DNA of 64,000 bases, taken from assembly GCA_028534125.1 (NCBI GenBank), contig CM052816.1, positions 620,001-684,000 of the forward strand, read 5' to 3'. The notes under the pieces were generated by a model, which saw only the letters and a program-made list of their open reading frames with translations, had not been told where the DNA came from and did not search any database. How positions within the stretch are numbered: the stretch's first letter is position 1; the number at the start of each line of letters is the position of its first letter. Below, in pieces: positions 43,636-56,450 of this stretch. The position numbers were made by a program, and so were the translations under genes. This stretch comes from Lama glama. Lineage: Eukaryota.

Positions 43636-44892
43636 TCATAGGTGACTCCCATGTCAGGACTTGACCCGTTGTGGGTCAGGAGGGTTTTGAGTACCTTTGG
43701 ACCCACAGGCTTCACGTCTGGTGGATCAGGTAGGGGAAGAGGTGAGGACTTCAGGAGCTGTGGAGGTGGAGAGTGAAGGCTTTGGACTGAGCGCCACCAG
43801 GCTGTACCTGCGTGTACAACCAGGTGAGGGTGGAGTCAGCCAAGGGGTGGAGAAGGCGCTGCCAGTGAGGAATGGGTAGACCCGCTGATAGAACCTGGAG
43901 AGAAGTGGGCGTCCTGGGGACCCCTAAGAGTAGGAAGCCAGAAGCTGGAGGGACAGGAGGACAGAGGAGACACCCTGGTGAGCTCAGATGGTAGATAGGC
44001 CATTACGAGCCACTGTGCACCCTTTAACTAGGCTGTCCAGGTGTGAGACTGCCTGTCCTGACCTGAGTTCTTACCTTAATTGAGAAAGAAGTGAAGTGTG
44101 GTAAGGTGATGGGTGCCAAATACTTCCCTTTTCACTGGAAAAGCTGCAGGTAGTGCATGGCCTTTGTCCTTGGAAAGTGGGCTTTCTGAGATGACTCCCC
44201 GGGGTCATACTTCCCACCCGTAAGGCTCCTGGTGCAAAGGAGCCCCAGAAAAGAAGGGCTGGTTGTGCTCACCCATTTTCTTGCAAAAGTCACCTACCAG
44301 GTAAGGCAACAGTGCAGAGAGAATGGGAGGGTGAGAGCTGACGGCACTTCCTTCATGTGGAAGAAAGCTGCCGTGGCCAATATGCCTACCCCAGCCCTAA
44401 CGTGACGGCAGTGGATTGCACTCACCGTGTGTCTCGTGTGCCAGGCAAAGGCATCGACCCATTTAGTGCCCGCAGCATTGCGGGGTAATGTGCAGTTGCT
44501 TTTTCACAGATGAAAATACAGGCATGTAAGAGTGTGCAGTCAGCCTCTAGCCTTGTAGGAAGTGATAGAGGCAGTCGGGCTCTGAGTCCAAACTCCTGAG
44601 CACCTGAGTTAAGGAACTAGAGGTGAGAAAGAAGAGGGTAGATGTAGTCAGCTCTTAGGAAGTTTTATAGGGGGGAAGGGAGCTGAGAAATACCAGGATG
44701 GTCAAGGAATTTTAAAGTAAGCAAGAGATGGTCAGTTTATGGGAGATGTGGGGTCTTCTTGCCCATTTCTGTGCCATGTCATATGTTATAGTGGTAACGA
44801 CTTCTTTTGAACTGTGTCACCCTTAAGTACGTAGCTGGGCTCAGAAAATATGCCTTTGTGACCCATCTTCCCCAATCCAAATTTATTCAAGG

Positions 44893-45034
44893 TTGTTGGT
44901 TGGTTGGTTGGTGGGGAGAGGTAATTAGATTTACACAGTTATTATTGAAAGAGGTTCTGGGAATTGAACCTGGGACCTCCTGTGTGTTAAGCATGAGCTC
45001 TGCCACTTGAGCTATACCCCACCCCCACCCCCCC
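44893..45034 (-). mobile_element. vic-1-like SINE with (CCAA)n-type tail
   Basis: gaggttctgggaattgaacctgggacctc...aagcatgagctctgccacttgagctatacccc. Confidence 0.8.
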
Positions 45035-45038
45035 AGGT

Positions 45039-45481
45039 TATAGATGGTCCTTGACTTACGACAGTTTGACTTACTGATTTTTTTGACTTTACAATGGTGT
45101 GACAGCAACACACATTCAGCAGAAACAGTTTTTGCATTTTGATCTTCTGGGCTAGTGATTTGAGGCTGCGCGGTGGGTACCCCGCAGCTAGCTCCCAGTC
45201 AGCCACACAGCCTTGAAGGCGAACGGCAATTCTGTATCCACACAACCGTTCTGTGTTGCACCGTATCAGTAGTGTATTCAATAAGCCACATGAGGTACTC
45301 AGCACTATTATAAAATGGGCTTTATGTTAGATGTTTTTGCCCAGCTGTAGGCTAATGTAAGTGTTCCGAGCACATTTAAGGTTGGTTAAGTGTATTAATT
45401 GCATTTTTGATTTAGGGCATTTTCAACTGAATGATGGGTTTATCGATTTGTAACCCCATTGTAAGTCTAGGAAGATCTGTA
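45039..45481 (-). mobile_element. Tigger-family MITE (MER47/Tigger5-like)
   Basis: TA-flanked inverted ends tagatggtccttgacttacg / gtaagtctaggaagatctgta. Confidence 0.75.
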
Positions 45482-46844
45482 CTTTGTTAGTACCATGGTT
45501 AGGAGGTCAGTATCTGTATCCACAGCCCGGGGATGTTTATGACCTGTAAAATGAGAACATCTCAGCGTGCTTAGCATGATGCCAGGTCAATGGATGACAG
45601 CTACAATGATCCACGCTGCAGTTTCCTGAAGCTTCAGGATGCAATGGCATTCACGTAAGGAAGCCTCCTCCCATCTTGTGCTAGACAAGGAGGCTCTTTA
45701 TAAAGAGCTCACTGCGGGTTGGTTTTCCCTCTTGAGGAATCATTCCGGTTTTTACTCCGCCTTGATGGGCTTCTCAGGCTGTCATGGTCTTGCTCTGTCG
45801 GCAGGGGGCAGCAACCACCAGAAAGCGGGCCAGGCGCGATCTGGGTCTTAAGTGCTGCACGCAATTACAGAGTTAGTTTCGCAGGACTGTGAGGTTCGCC
45901 TCCTGGACGCTTGACAGGGGGACTGGGGACATGGTGGGGTGGGGGTTGGCGTCCGTACCCCAGAGTTGATCCCTGTCTGGCCCCACAGGGGCCTCTTGCA
46001 TCTCTGCATGTCCTTGGAAAAGTCAGCTGTCTGAAAACGGCCAGGTCTTTTGGGGTGGCCGTCATTTGAGACCAGATGTTCCGTGCCTGTTAATGTGCCC
46101 TGTCTCCTCAGACCTCACACACCTCCTCTGTCGTCCTCCCTAATGTCCCATCCCTTGCCCTTCCTCTGCCGCCTTCCATTTCCCCTTTGGGAAATCCCTT
46201 AGTCTTCTGCCTACCATCATTCTGGACCATAGCCTGAATTGAGGGGAACAGGGGACCACGTTTCACTGGCTTGCAAAAGGATGTGTATAGTTTATTAAGA
46301 ATATTTACCAGGATCTTTCAGAGTGCAAAACACTGGCGCACTGTGTTAGGGCTTATTTAGAAAGCATAATACTGTGGGTGGGACATCCAGGTAAGGAACC
46401 CGGGGGTGCACACAGGTAATTGGTGACTCGGAGCAGTGAAAACTAGATAACTACTGAGGGCTGTAGTCAAGGAGGGCTCTGGGAGGTTAGGCAAGAGAGC
46501 AGGGGCATCGGAAATGGGGCCCACTCTCTGAAGCTCTGAACCAGCCCCTGGCCATAGGCTAGAGAGGAGGTAACAGGCAGCCCCTCAGCCCCACCCTCTC
46601 CTACCAGTCCTCCTGTCCCCATGCCTCACTCTTCTGAAATCTGTCCTGAGCTCTTCCAGCCTAGGGCTCGTGTGTGCCCCATCTTGGTGTTCTCAGGGCC
46701 TGGCACACAGCACTCTCCACCAAACATCTGCCCACAGACGTGCGTATATTCTCCGCACAAGTTTTCTCACTTAACTTGTTAGATTTCTGCCTGTGACTTG
46801 AGGCTCAGCTCATGTGGACTTTTGACCAAAGGCCTTCCTGGTTC

Positions 46845-47258
46845 TGTTACAGAAACCTGAATCCCGTCAAGAGACCAAGCGACACTCAGAGGGTTGGAGA
46901 ACTCAGGTTTATTTACACCGGCGGGCCCAGAGGAGTTAATATTCCCGGCTCTGGACCCTGATTGCAAGTTTGTATGAGCTTTTACAGGGTTTTAGGAACA
47001 AAGAAATCACGTGGTCTTAGGTTTTTCTGCGGGGTGGGAAGGGGTTAGTTTCGGTTTTCCTAAAGCAGGCTGTTTTACAGAAGCATAAAAGCAAAGCACT
47101 AAGCAATTTCTCTGTCTGGGAGGCCCTGCTGATCCTTGTGGGCCTTTTGAGCTGCAGTTCCCCGGCCCTCCAGCCAGGTCTGAATCAATGCCCCCACCTA
47201 AGTTCCTCAAAGCGCTTTTGACTTATTGGGGTCAATCCTGATTCCATCTCCCTCAACA
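46845..47258 (-). mobile_element. Solo ERV LTR
   Basis: TGTT...AACA ends; minus-strand AATAAA (tttatt ~46907). Confidence 0.7.
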
Positions 47259-48483
47259 GTCAACATGGTGCAGTAGGCATTGTGACTCCATGTCACTCAG
47301 TAGAGTGACTGTATGTCATGTATGATCTAAACTGGGGCACTCCAGTGTGAAGGGGGTAGACGTAACGCAGGATTGAAAAGCACCTGATCGCGCTGTCCAG
47401 AGAGGGCATCATTGCCCTGCCCTGCCACGAGGCTCTGTGCGCACGTTGAATGAGCCCACACAGCTCCTCTGTGCTTTGGTGTTCCAGTCTGCAAGAAGAG
47501 AGGCTGAACTGGGTAGATAATTTCTGAGGTTGTCTAAACCAAAATCACTAAAATTATATGGTCAGTGGGGAAGGCTGGGGCCCGTCAGAGGGGTTTTGGT
47601 GGAGAATGTGAGACAGTGGGGGGGTTCGAAGTCAGAGCATGAGAACTTCCAGGCTGGGGTTGATTAGGGCAGTGGAGGACAGCTGGACATTGCTGCTTTG
47701 GCTGTGAGGTGATGACTGTCCACTGTGGTGGAGGAACTTGCAGTGCTGGGCGGTGGTGTGTCCTTCCCCACGGCCGGCAGGTGGCGCTCACAGCACAGCA
47801 GGGATAAACCAGCTGACATACATCACCGTAGTTGGGGGAGGGGGTGGCAAGATGAGTTTCTTTCCCATTTAGGATAGAGGAACGTTGTGATCTAGGATAG
47901 AAATGGCGATTGGGGCCGTGGAGTTTGGCAAGAGGAGACACTCCTTCCACAGCTGCGGCTTCATCTCACAGGCCTGCGCTGCCCTCTTCCTTTTCCTCTG
48001 CTTGTGACTTCTGTGATAACAGGCAGAAGGGCAGGGGCTGCTCCACGTCCACCAGGAGGGGATTTCAGCCGCGCCTTCTTTGGAGGTAAGACAGGGTTTT
48101 TTTTTACAGGGGTTGGGGGCTGGGGAAGGAGTGGGAGGAAGGGTAGGAACTCCTCACACGAAGGGCTTCCCAGGAGGAGGGTCCTGGGGCCTGTCGGGAA
48201 GGATAAGGGGACCTCGAAGAGCATCTCCTCTCCCTCCTTCTAACCTCAGTGCTGCTGCTGGGGTTTCAGGCTCCCACTCTCCTTGGAGAGAGAGGCCAGG
48301 AGCCCACCTGCCCCTGCACCCTGGGGTGAGAGCAGGCGTTTGTGCTTTTCTCCCACCTGGTCCTCGTCCAGCTGACCTTTACCCAAGCCCTGCTTCCACA
48401 CTGGACGTACTTTCTGAACCCTCAAGTCACAAGTTCTTCCTTCTCCCTCAAACAGTCGCAGTTAGCCGAGGGACCGTGGCTAC

Positions 48484-49639
48484 TGTCGACTGAAGTAAGT
48501 GCGCAGCCTGAAAGTTGAGAGTTAACATTTTATTTGGCGGGAGGACTCGAGCTGGGATGACAGCCTCTCAGATGGCTCTGAGGGACTGCTCCCGAGAGGT
48601 AGGGCAGGAGCTAGGATATATAATGGAGTTCTTACAACAAAGACCAGGTAGTAGGAACAATAGAAGATTACTTGTTATCTAAGGAAAACCAGACATCTCA
48701 AGTTAAAGAATTTAGGGCTTTTCTATGTATGGGAGGAAGCAAACATTTGGGCTCACTGAATTCACTCCTTTGACAAGCACCTGGCTATCTGGGGCCAGTG
48801 TCCTGTCCTTTCTTATTCCGGGTCCCCTCAGAGGGCACCCAGTTTTAGTGGCTGCAGAGGCCGGGCTGCAGGCTTGTCTTCACTGGCTGATGACTTGATG
48901 GCTTCAGCATTCTTTNNNNNNNNNNNNNNNNNNNNNNNNNNNNNNNNNNNNNNNNNNNNNNNNNNNNNNNNNNNNNNNNNNNNNNNNNNNNNNNNNNNNN
49001 NNNNNNNNNNNNNNNNNNNNNNNNNNNNNNNNNNNNNNNNNNNNNNNNNNNNNNNNNNNNNNNNNNNNNNNNNNNNNNNNNNNNNNNNNNNNNNNNNNNN
49101 NNNNNNNNNNNNNNNNNNNNNNNNNNNNNNNNNNNNNNNNNNNNNNNNNNNNNNNNNNNNNNNNNNNNNNNNNNNNNNNNNNNNNNNNNNNNNNNNNNNN
49201 NNNNNNNNNNNNNNNNNNNNNNNNNNNNNNNNNNNNNNNNNNNNNNNNNNNNNNNNNNNNNNNNNNNNNNNNNNNNNNNNNNNNNNNNNNNNNNNNNNNN
49301 NNNNNNNNNNNNNNNNNNNNNNNNNNNNNNNNNNNNNNNNNNNNNNNNNNNNNNNNNNNNNNNNNNNNNNNNNNNNNNNNNNNNNNNNNNNNNNNNNNNN
49401 NNNNNNNNNNNNNNNTATGGGAGGAAGCAAACATTTGGGCTCACTGAATTCACTCCTTTGACAAGCACCTGGCTATCTGGGGCCAGTGTCCTGTCCTTTC
49501 TTATTCCGGGTCCCCTCAGAGGGCACCCAGTTTTAGTGGCTGCAGAGGCCGGGCTGCAGGCTTGTCTTCACTGGCTGATGACTTGATGGCTTCAGCATTC
49601 TTTGTTTACTGATACGGTTTGCAGTAGTTTTCATTCACA
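48484..49639 (-). mobile_element. ERV1-type LTR (MER41-like) interrupted by a 500-N gap
   Basis: tgtcgactgaag...ttcattcaca; near-TSD ctac/ccac; related to the LTR at 52700-53101. Confidence 0.75.
48916..49415. other. Assembly gap (500 N)
   Basis: Run of N. Confidence 1.
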
Positions 49640-50358
49640 CCACCCAGTTGGAAGGGGCCTGTCAATAACCAGAAAAGCATGAGGCCTTAGGATGGTCTCC
49701 CTTAGAGAGAGGGAAGCTGTGTCTGCAACAACAAAAAAACAAACTCAAGGTTAAAAAACATGCAGCCAGGTATTTAATCCTCCTGCCATCTTGGATAAAC
49801 TCTTTCGTTATTTGTATTTTTTCCGAACTGAATTACTTTTTAAAAATATATTTTAAAGGCATAACCAGAGAGAATGTGATGGACGAAAAGGCAGAATCTG
49901 AGAGAGGCAAGTTGACCTGGAATCATAAACGGAAAATGTTATGAAATCATAAGAGAAAACATCACGAGAATTGGAGAAGATGAAAGGAGTTGAATGGAAG
50001 AGGAAGAGAGACATGGAGGTACACAGGTGCACTCAGCTGGAGGGAGGGACCTCAGCGATAAGAAGGGGAAAACACGCCAGCTGACAGAACTTGTAGCAGA
50101 GACGGTGTGCAGAGGTGCCTGGACATTAATTGAGTCCAGTTCAGATTTATAGCCCTCCCTTATCTTGACCTGTCTTAAGGTGCCTAGGGGTGGGGCCATT
50201 CCTGGAGCTGCCTACATTCTGCGGCTGCCTGCTGGACAGAGATTTATGGCTCTGGTGTCAGAGAAATCAGTGTTAAATCTTGTCTCAGGCTGGCCCCACC
50301 CTCCTTTGGCTCCAACAGTGTTCGATATCCAATTAACAGGAAGCTGGATTCTATGAGC

Positions 50359-50600
50359 TGTTAAGAAACAAAATGCAACTCAGTAAGTTTTAAAGACCTT
50401 ACTGGCTTTATTCAGTGATTCATGAATTGGTCAGTATCCCATCCAGCAGATGGAAAAGAGCTCCAAGTAACTGTGTGGAATGAAGGACTTTTATAACCTG
50501 AAGGGAGAGGAACAATGAAGTTATACTAGCAAAAATTAGATTGGTCATCACAAGGTCATCTTCCTTTAGAGGACTGTAGAGGTGTATCTTGGAAGTAGCT
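50359..50600 (-). mobile_element. ERV LTR fragment related to 51306-51661
   Basis: Shared motif tggctttatt...tgattcatgaattgg...gagctccaag. Confidence 0.6.
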
Positions 50601-50951
50601 GTCCTATTACCAGGTAGAAGAGGACCAAGGGGGCGGGTGTGCCTTCAGATGTGTCCCAGGACCTCTTGGCAGCTCTGTACCATTAATTCCACGACGATTT
50701 GTGTGCCTGGAACCCAACCAAAGCTGAGCAAGCCATTCTCTAACCAAAACAGTATTATCTTCTTGAGGACTTGTGCGTTTTGAGAATTCTATGCTTTGTG
50801 AGATGTGCTCTTTCAGTTTTGGGCATGAAAATCTTCCAGTGAAATGAGAACAGAAGAAATATTTGCTTGTCACCCATCCTTTGTCTTAAACATGGCTCAA
50901 TAAGGAGGTAGCACTCAGAGACGCTGGCCCAGAGAGGATTTTTCTAGAACC

Positions 50952-51130
50952 TTGGTTCCTAAAGTATATTCTCCAGATCAGCAACAAAAAAACGTCACCT
51001 GAAGCTTGTTAGGAAATGAACATTCTCAGGCCCCAGCTCCCCAGAGGTACTGGATCAGAAGTTCTGGGGTGGCACCCAGGATCTGTTTAATAGGCCCTGC
51101 AGGTGATTCTGGTGCCCATGGAGGCTGTGA
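50952..51130. mobile_element. MER5A-like hAT MITE
   Basis: cacctgaagcttgttaggaaatgaacattctcaggcccc...gccctgcaggtgattctg. Confidence 0.7.
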
Positions 51131-51305
51131 GTTGGCTGGCATAGGGGATGCGACAAATTGCACGCAGGGCTCCTAAAACTTGTCACTTCTTTCTCTTTTT
51201 ATCTGCCAAGCAAGGTCACTTGGCCTAATTTCAGAGGAGTGGGAAGTGCAACTTAACAGTGTGCCCAGGAAGAGGGGGTTCTGGGTGTTTTAGGCCATAG
51301 ATTGT

Positions 51306-51661
51306 GTTAAATGACAAAAAAATTCAGCCAAGTACATTTTCAAGATCTACTTGGCTTTATTGAATGATTCATGAATTGGGCGGCATCTCTTCTAGCAAGT
51401 AGAGAGGAGCTCCAAGGAGCTGTACAAACTGGAAGGCTTTTTGGGCAGACAGGGGAAGGCATAAGGGAAGAGCAGATTACCTCATCTTCCTTTTGGAGAT
51501 GGAAAGGGTCTGTGTGTGCTGAACAGAAAATTCCAAGCTGGCTGGTTCAGACTACGTTTGTGGGGAAGGTTGGCACTGCAGTTAGGTGAGGCATTAAGCC
51601 ATGGTTTGGCAGTGTGGGCTTAGCGCAAGTGACTCCATTTTGGGCCTCTGTCTTTTTAACA
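51306..51661 (-). mobile_element. Solo ERV LTR
   Basis: tgttaaa...tttttaaca inverted ends; gactccattttg motif. Confidence 0.65.
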
Positions 51662-52002
51662 ATAAAAAAAAACAGTGGCCATAAACATTATCAGGGGAAG
51701 TGGCAGAAGTTTGGGTTTGTGCTTTCTGTTTTCAGAACCCATGTCTGAAAAATAGTGCCTTTGCAACATAAGCCTAGTGCCATTGTAATTTCTTGGTTTT
51801 ATCTATTAGGCCAAATTAACATTTTCTGAATTGCCTCACAAAGGCCCCCTTTACACTGGGTGGTCTTCAGGCTCCAGCCAAGCTCTATACATTGCACTAG
51901 GGACGTTAAGTGGCTTTAGTCTGATCTGTGCCTCTGAGGTGGTCATTTCCACAAATCACACGGGGACATTATTAACACCCTATGGAATAAGATTCATATT
52001 TT

Positions 52003-52451
52003 AATGGCAAGAGAAGAAAAATTTAGACACAAAATTTCTCTGCCCTTTGACCTGACCGCCTCTCTCTCTTCTACTGTGCATTGTGTATCTGGATTATGCA
52101 TTGACCAAACCTCCCCCATCAGCAGAAATGCCTGCTCAGTCGTAAGAAGAGCAACATTATCCTAGCATCTACAAGACAACTCCTTAAAAGAGAGCCATCC
52201 TTCTAGGTTTTGCAAGGAGGGGGTCACACGACCCCCCACTTTCTACTTGCCGATCTGGATTGTGTAAACTGTCGATAATACCTCATTTGATGTACATCCT
52301 TCTATCCCTAAAAACTGTGCTTTGATTTTGATGGGCAGAACTTTTGTTTTTTTTTTCTTTGAGATGCTGTTCCTGGGTTATAATCCTCAACTTGGCTCAA
52401 ATAAAATTTTCCATTTCTTTCTAAAATCTACTGATTAACTTTTTATTGACA
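52003..52451 (+). mobile_element. ERV1-type LTR
   Basis: TATA-like/AATAAA layout, gagatgctgttcctgggttataatcctcaa...aataaa...attgaca. Confidence 0.6.
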
Positions 52452-52699
52452 ACAGAAGTTCAGGTTTAGCGGGTCTGGGGCCAGAGTCCCTGAGCATGTG
52501 TGTCACACTTGGAGGGGTGAAGTCATCAGTCCCCTCTGGAGCCCCACTGCTGTGCTGCTGTGCCTGCAACAAAGTTCCTGCTAGAAAGGAGCTTCCGCTT
52601 AATTATGCACCACACTGCCTGGTCTGTGTTATTAAAAAGACCCAGGAAGGTGAATATATTTGTGAACAAAGAGCATCCCCTGCTATTTTAGTAAAGGAT

Positions 52700-53101
52700 G
52701 TTGTGGCCGTAAAGGCATCAGCCATTGCAGCCGCCCCCACTGGGGCACCCTGAGGGGAATTCAGGATGGAGAGTAACAGAATAATGGCCCCAGATAGTTA
52801 AGGTGCACATCAAAGGGACCATTTCAATGAGTCTGGACTCTTGTGTCTTTTCACACACAGAACGGCATTAAAATCATTAACTTGAGATGTCTGTTTTCTG
52901 TGATTAGCTGTAATCTTTTGATGTGATACTATATGATACTTTTTCAGCAAAAACTCCTATATATGCTGGCTTCTCCCTTACTTCTTTGGAATAGTCCCTC
53001 AGAGCTATCTTAGAGGCTGTATCCTGGGCTTAAGTCCTCAGTAAGTCCACTGAATAAAACAGAATTCTCAACATTTAGGTTATGCACTTTTTCAGTTGAT
53101 A
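52700..53101 (+). mobile_element. ERV1-type LTR (MER41-like)
   Basis: cctatata, gtccctcagagctatcttagaggctgt...aataaaacagaattctcaac...cagttgata. Confidence 0.7.
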
Positions 53102-53109
53102 TATACATA

Positions 53110-53636
53110 TCTGTTTTGGAAGACCTTGCTCCTGTTCCAGGCATTGAGCTCCTAAAACTCTTGGAATTTCCTAAGAGATGAGAGGTATAAAGATGTCTTT
53201 TGTTATGTTGATAAGGTGACTTTTGGAAAGCCCCTAGGTAACCCAAGGCTGCGTGGGAGCTGGTTGTCAGGGGGAACCAGCTCCATGATTAGAGGGCTGA
53301 AACTTTTAAGTCTGACCCACCCCGCAACCTCACTCCCAACCTTCTAGGAGGAGAGAGGGGCTGGAGATTGAGTTCAATCAATCAATCACCAATCATGCCT
53401 GTATAATAAATCCTCCATAAAAACCAAATAGGACATATGGAGAGCTTCTGTGTTGGTGAATGCATGGAATTTTGGTGAGAAAGGAGATTCCAGAGAGCAT
53501 GGAAGCTCTGCATTACCTCCCACATACCTTGCCCTATGTGTTTCTTCAACCTGGCTTTTCCTGAGTTATACCCTTTTATGATAAACTAGTAATCTAGTCA
53601 GTGAAATCTTTATCTGGGTTTGGTGAGGCACTCTAG
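53110..53636 (+). mobile_element. MER21-like LTR
   Basis: cctaaaactcttggaatttcct...catgattagagggc...aatcatgcctgtataat...cccacataccttgccctatg. Confidence 0.7.
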
Positions 53637-53995
53637 TGTCAACTAAAAATTGGAACTTGCCCTTTACCTCTACAAGGATCAAATCATGAGCTGATGTATC
53701 TGCTGATCTCCAACATACACTGAAAGGAGTTCAGGATGGAGATCAGGAATGAGGCGCTCTGTGCGCTGGGAAAAACTCACAGAACAGGCCTTCAGATAGT
53801 TAGATGTTTTCAGCAGAAGATTTTATGAGCCCCAATTGTTGCATCTCATATCTAGAAAAGCACTATAATTAGTAATGGTGATTATCTGCTCCTTGTGACT
53901 AGTAGTGAGACTCTGCCAAAATGTGTGCTTGACTGCACGTGCCCCTCTTCACTAAAACCATGTGTAATACTGACCTCTCCCCCTACCTCTTCAGA
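53637..53995 (+). mobile_element. 3'-truncated ERV1-type LTR
   Basis: Starts tgtcaactaaaa; shares gttcaggatggaga...cagatagtta with the 52700 LTR. Confidence 0.55.
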
Positions 53996-54204
53996 GTGAG
54001 ACAGGAGGGAAGGGGGCAGGGCACAGCCACTCAAGGAATGACAGCACTTTAACAATTGGACTTTGAAGAAGCCTAACATTTTGCAAAACAAATTAATACA
54101 TAGTACAATTCTTAGACCCAACTTGATTTATTAAATAAGTAAACAAAAACCAATTTCTTGAATATGTAGCAATATACTATTATTAGGATCCCTACCTTGG
54201 AAGG

Positions 54205-54443
54205 ATTTTTTTAAATTGAAATATAGTTGGTTTACAATGTTGTGTTAGTTTCTGTTGTACAGCACAGTGATTTAGTTTTATATATATACATATATATATA
54301 TACACACATATATAGTTTTTCATATTCATTTTTATTATAGGTTATTATAAGGTTTTGAATACAGTTTACTGTGCTATACAGTAGAACCTTGTTTATTTTA
54401 CATACAGTAGTCAGTGTCTGCAGATCTGAAAGACTTCTAATTT
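54205..54443 (-). mobile_element. L1 3'UTR fragment
   Basis: ttgaaatatagttggtttacaatgttgtgttagtttctg...tgtgctatacagtag. Confidence 0.8.
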
Positions 54444-54674
54444 CAACTCGGACATGTAAAGAGCTTGGAGTTCTCACACTTCTATCCATGCACCAAGAAA
54501 TAGCAGGACAAACTGAAAATCAATGACTTTTCTTAGATTCATCAGAGACCCGAGTTTTAGAGCAAACTGCTAACCAAAATCTGGAGAGACCGGCAAATCA
54601 GAGGATATAGCCAAGATCTGTTAACCTAGAGGGCACTGGAGCCACAACCTGGTAGGAACACTTAAAATGGTAAA

Positions 54675-54791
54675 TTTTTTTTGGAGGGGGGAGGTGATTA
54701 GATTATTTATTTAATGGAGGTACTGGGGATTGAACCCAGGACCTTGTGCACGCTAAGCATGTGCTCTACCACTGAGCTATACCATCTTGCC
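54675..54791 (-). mobile_element. vic-1-like SINE
   Basis: tggaggtactggggattgaacccaggaccttgtgcacgctaagcatgtgctctaccactgagctatac; approximate TSD ctt(a/t)aaatggtaa. Confidence 0.85.
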
Positions 54792-54974
54792 CTTTAAATG
54801 GTAATTGTGATGGATTGCTGGACTTTGCGTGTGGATCAGTGTGAGGCTGAGAAACTCCTGGGACCACAGTCTTAGGGGACCCCTTACACTTGGGGGCTTT
54901 AGCTCCAGGAACCCCAAGAGACTTATATGGTAAAGATTCAGAGCCGTAAAGAGAAAACATTGTAAAATATGACC

Positions 54975-55285
54975 AGAGAAAGAGACTCACAGACATAGAA
55001 AACGAACTTATGGTCACCAGTGGGGGAGGAGGGTGGGAAGGGATACACTGGGAGTTTGAGATTTGCAGATACTGACTGTTACATATAAAATAGATGAAAA
55101 GTGTATACTGTACAGCACAGGGAAATATATCCAAGATCTTGTAATAGCTCACGGTGAAAAAGAATATGAAAATGAATATATGTATATTCATGTATGACTG
55201 GAGCATTGTGCTGTACACCAGCAATTGACACAGCATTGTAAACTGACTGTACCTCAATTAAAAAAAAAGATGAAGAAAAAAAAAA
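54975..55285 (+). mobile_element. L1 3'UTR fragment with A tail
   Basis: agactcacagacatagaaaac...cacagcattgtaaactgactgtacctcaattaaaaaaaaa. Confidence 0.85.
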
Positions 55286-55369
55286 GGAAAGGCTAGATGT
55301 AACAGAAAATTGAGCAGAAAAAAATAAAAAGGAAAAGTGATGTAACAGAAATGAAGAATGGCACAACAG

Positions 55370-56210
55370 TAGTCTTGATTTTGCCCAATTTATAGGGACA
55401 GAAATCTGGGGAATATGTGTAGAAATGGATGTAAAGGGTATGGGATGATGGTGAAAGGAACTTAAAATTGAATCAGTCCAAATTTACTGATAAGAGCCCA
55501 CTAAGCAGAGATTCTCAATCAGTGTTGCAGTGTAGGGAGTTAGAATGGACTGTAAAAGTTTGGTTTGTTGACTGATACATGGACCGAAAGGGGGCGCACA
55601 GTGAATAAACTTGAAGTGTTAGACTTGCCTTGGTGTACTTGCAGAGGGAGTGAGTAATCAAAGGTTTGGGGAGCTTGGAATGTTAAAGTGGATTTGATAA
55701 CTATGCAAGTTTAAAAAGCTAATGCTCTACACGTTCTTAGAAACAATGAACAGTAAGTATATGTAAATTAAAAAATATATGTGCAGTAAAAAATAGATCT
55801 ATCAAGCCATGAGAGACATAGAAGAAACTTAAAAAATGTATTACTAAATGAAAGAAGGCAGTGGGAAAAGGCTACAAGCTGTATGATTCTTTTCAAATTA
55901 TAGTTAGATAGATCCAGTATATAGAACCAGCAATTCCCCTCCTGGGCATGTACCTGGAGGAAATATAAATTACAAAGCTGCTAGTTTCAAACGGAGCCTG
56001 GAGCAAGAGAAGTTTCTGTAGCAGACAGCATGCCAGGCAAACGACGCTGCCACTTACATCACGTGATCCAGCAGATCCATCGGTACTTGTGTCAGTGGCA
56101 GACAGGGACACAGTTTGGATCCTAGGCAGGTCTCTGTATGCGAATCAGAGCATAAACCCTTAAGATTCTGGAGCAAAGCCTTGACATCCTCTGTGGATAA
56201 CTAGTCTCTG
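55370..56210 (+). mobile_element. ERVL internal fragments (gag-like 55370-55695, pol-like 55985-56210) split by L1 pieces
   Basis: aaatctggggaatatgtg...ccactaagcagagattct; gatccagcagatcca...gtgtcagtggcagacagggac...gattctggagcaaagcc...gataacta. Confidence 0.65.
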
Positions 56211-56450
56211 TTTCCCCCAGTCCCATGGAGCTCCTGCAATTAAGCCCCACTGGCCTTCAAAACCAGATGTTCTGGGGGCTCCTCTTCCTGATGCTGGAAC
56301 CCCAGGCTGGGAAGCCTGGTGTGGGGCTCAGAACCCTCTCTCCTGTGTGTGGGCCTCTGCAATATAATTTTTCTCCAGCTTGTGAGTTGCCCACCCAGGG
56401 CCATGGGGCCCAAGTATATCTTAAGTGCACCCCTCCTACCATCCTGTAGC
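56210..56450 (-). mobile_element. L1 5'-region fragment
   Basis: aagccccactggccttcaaaaccagatgttctgggggctc...gtggggctcagaacc. Confidence 0.55.

Noticed and set aside
48828..49468. ORFs spanning N gaps (also near 16.5 kb and 62.2 kb)
   Set aside because: Artefacts of translating N runs.
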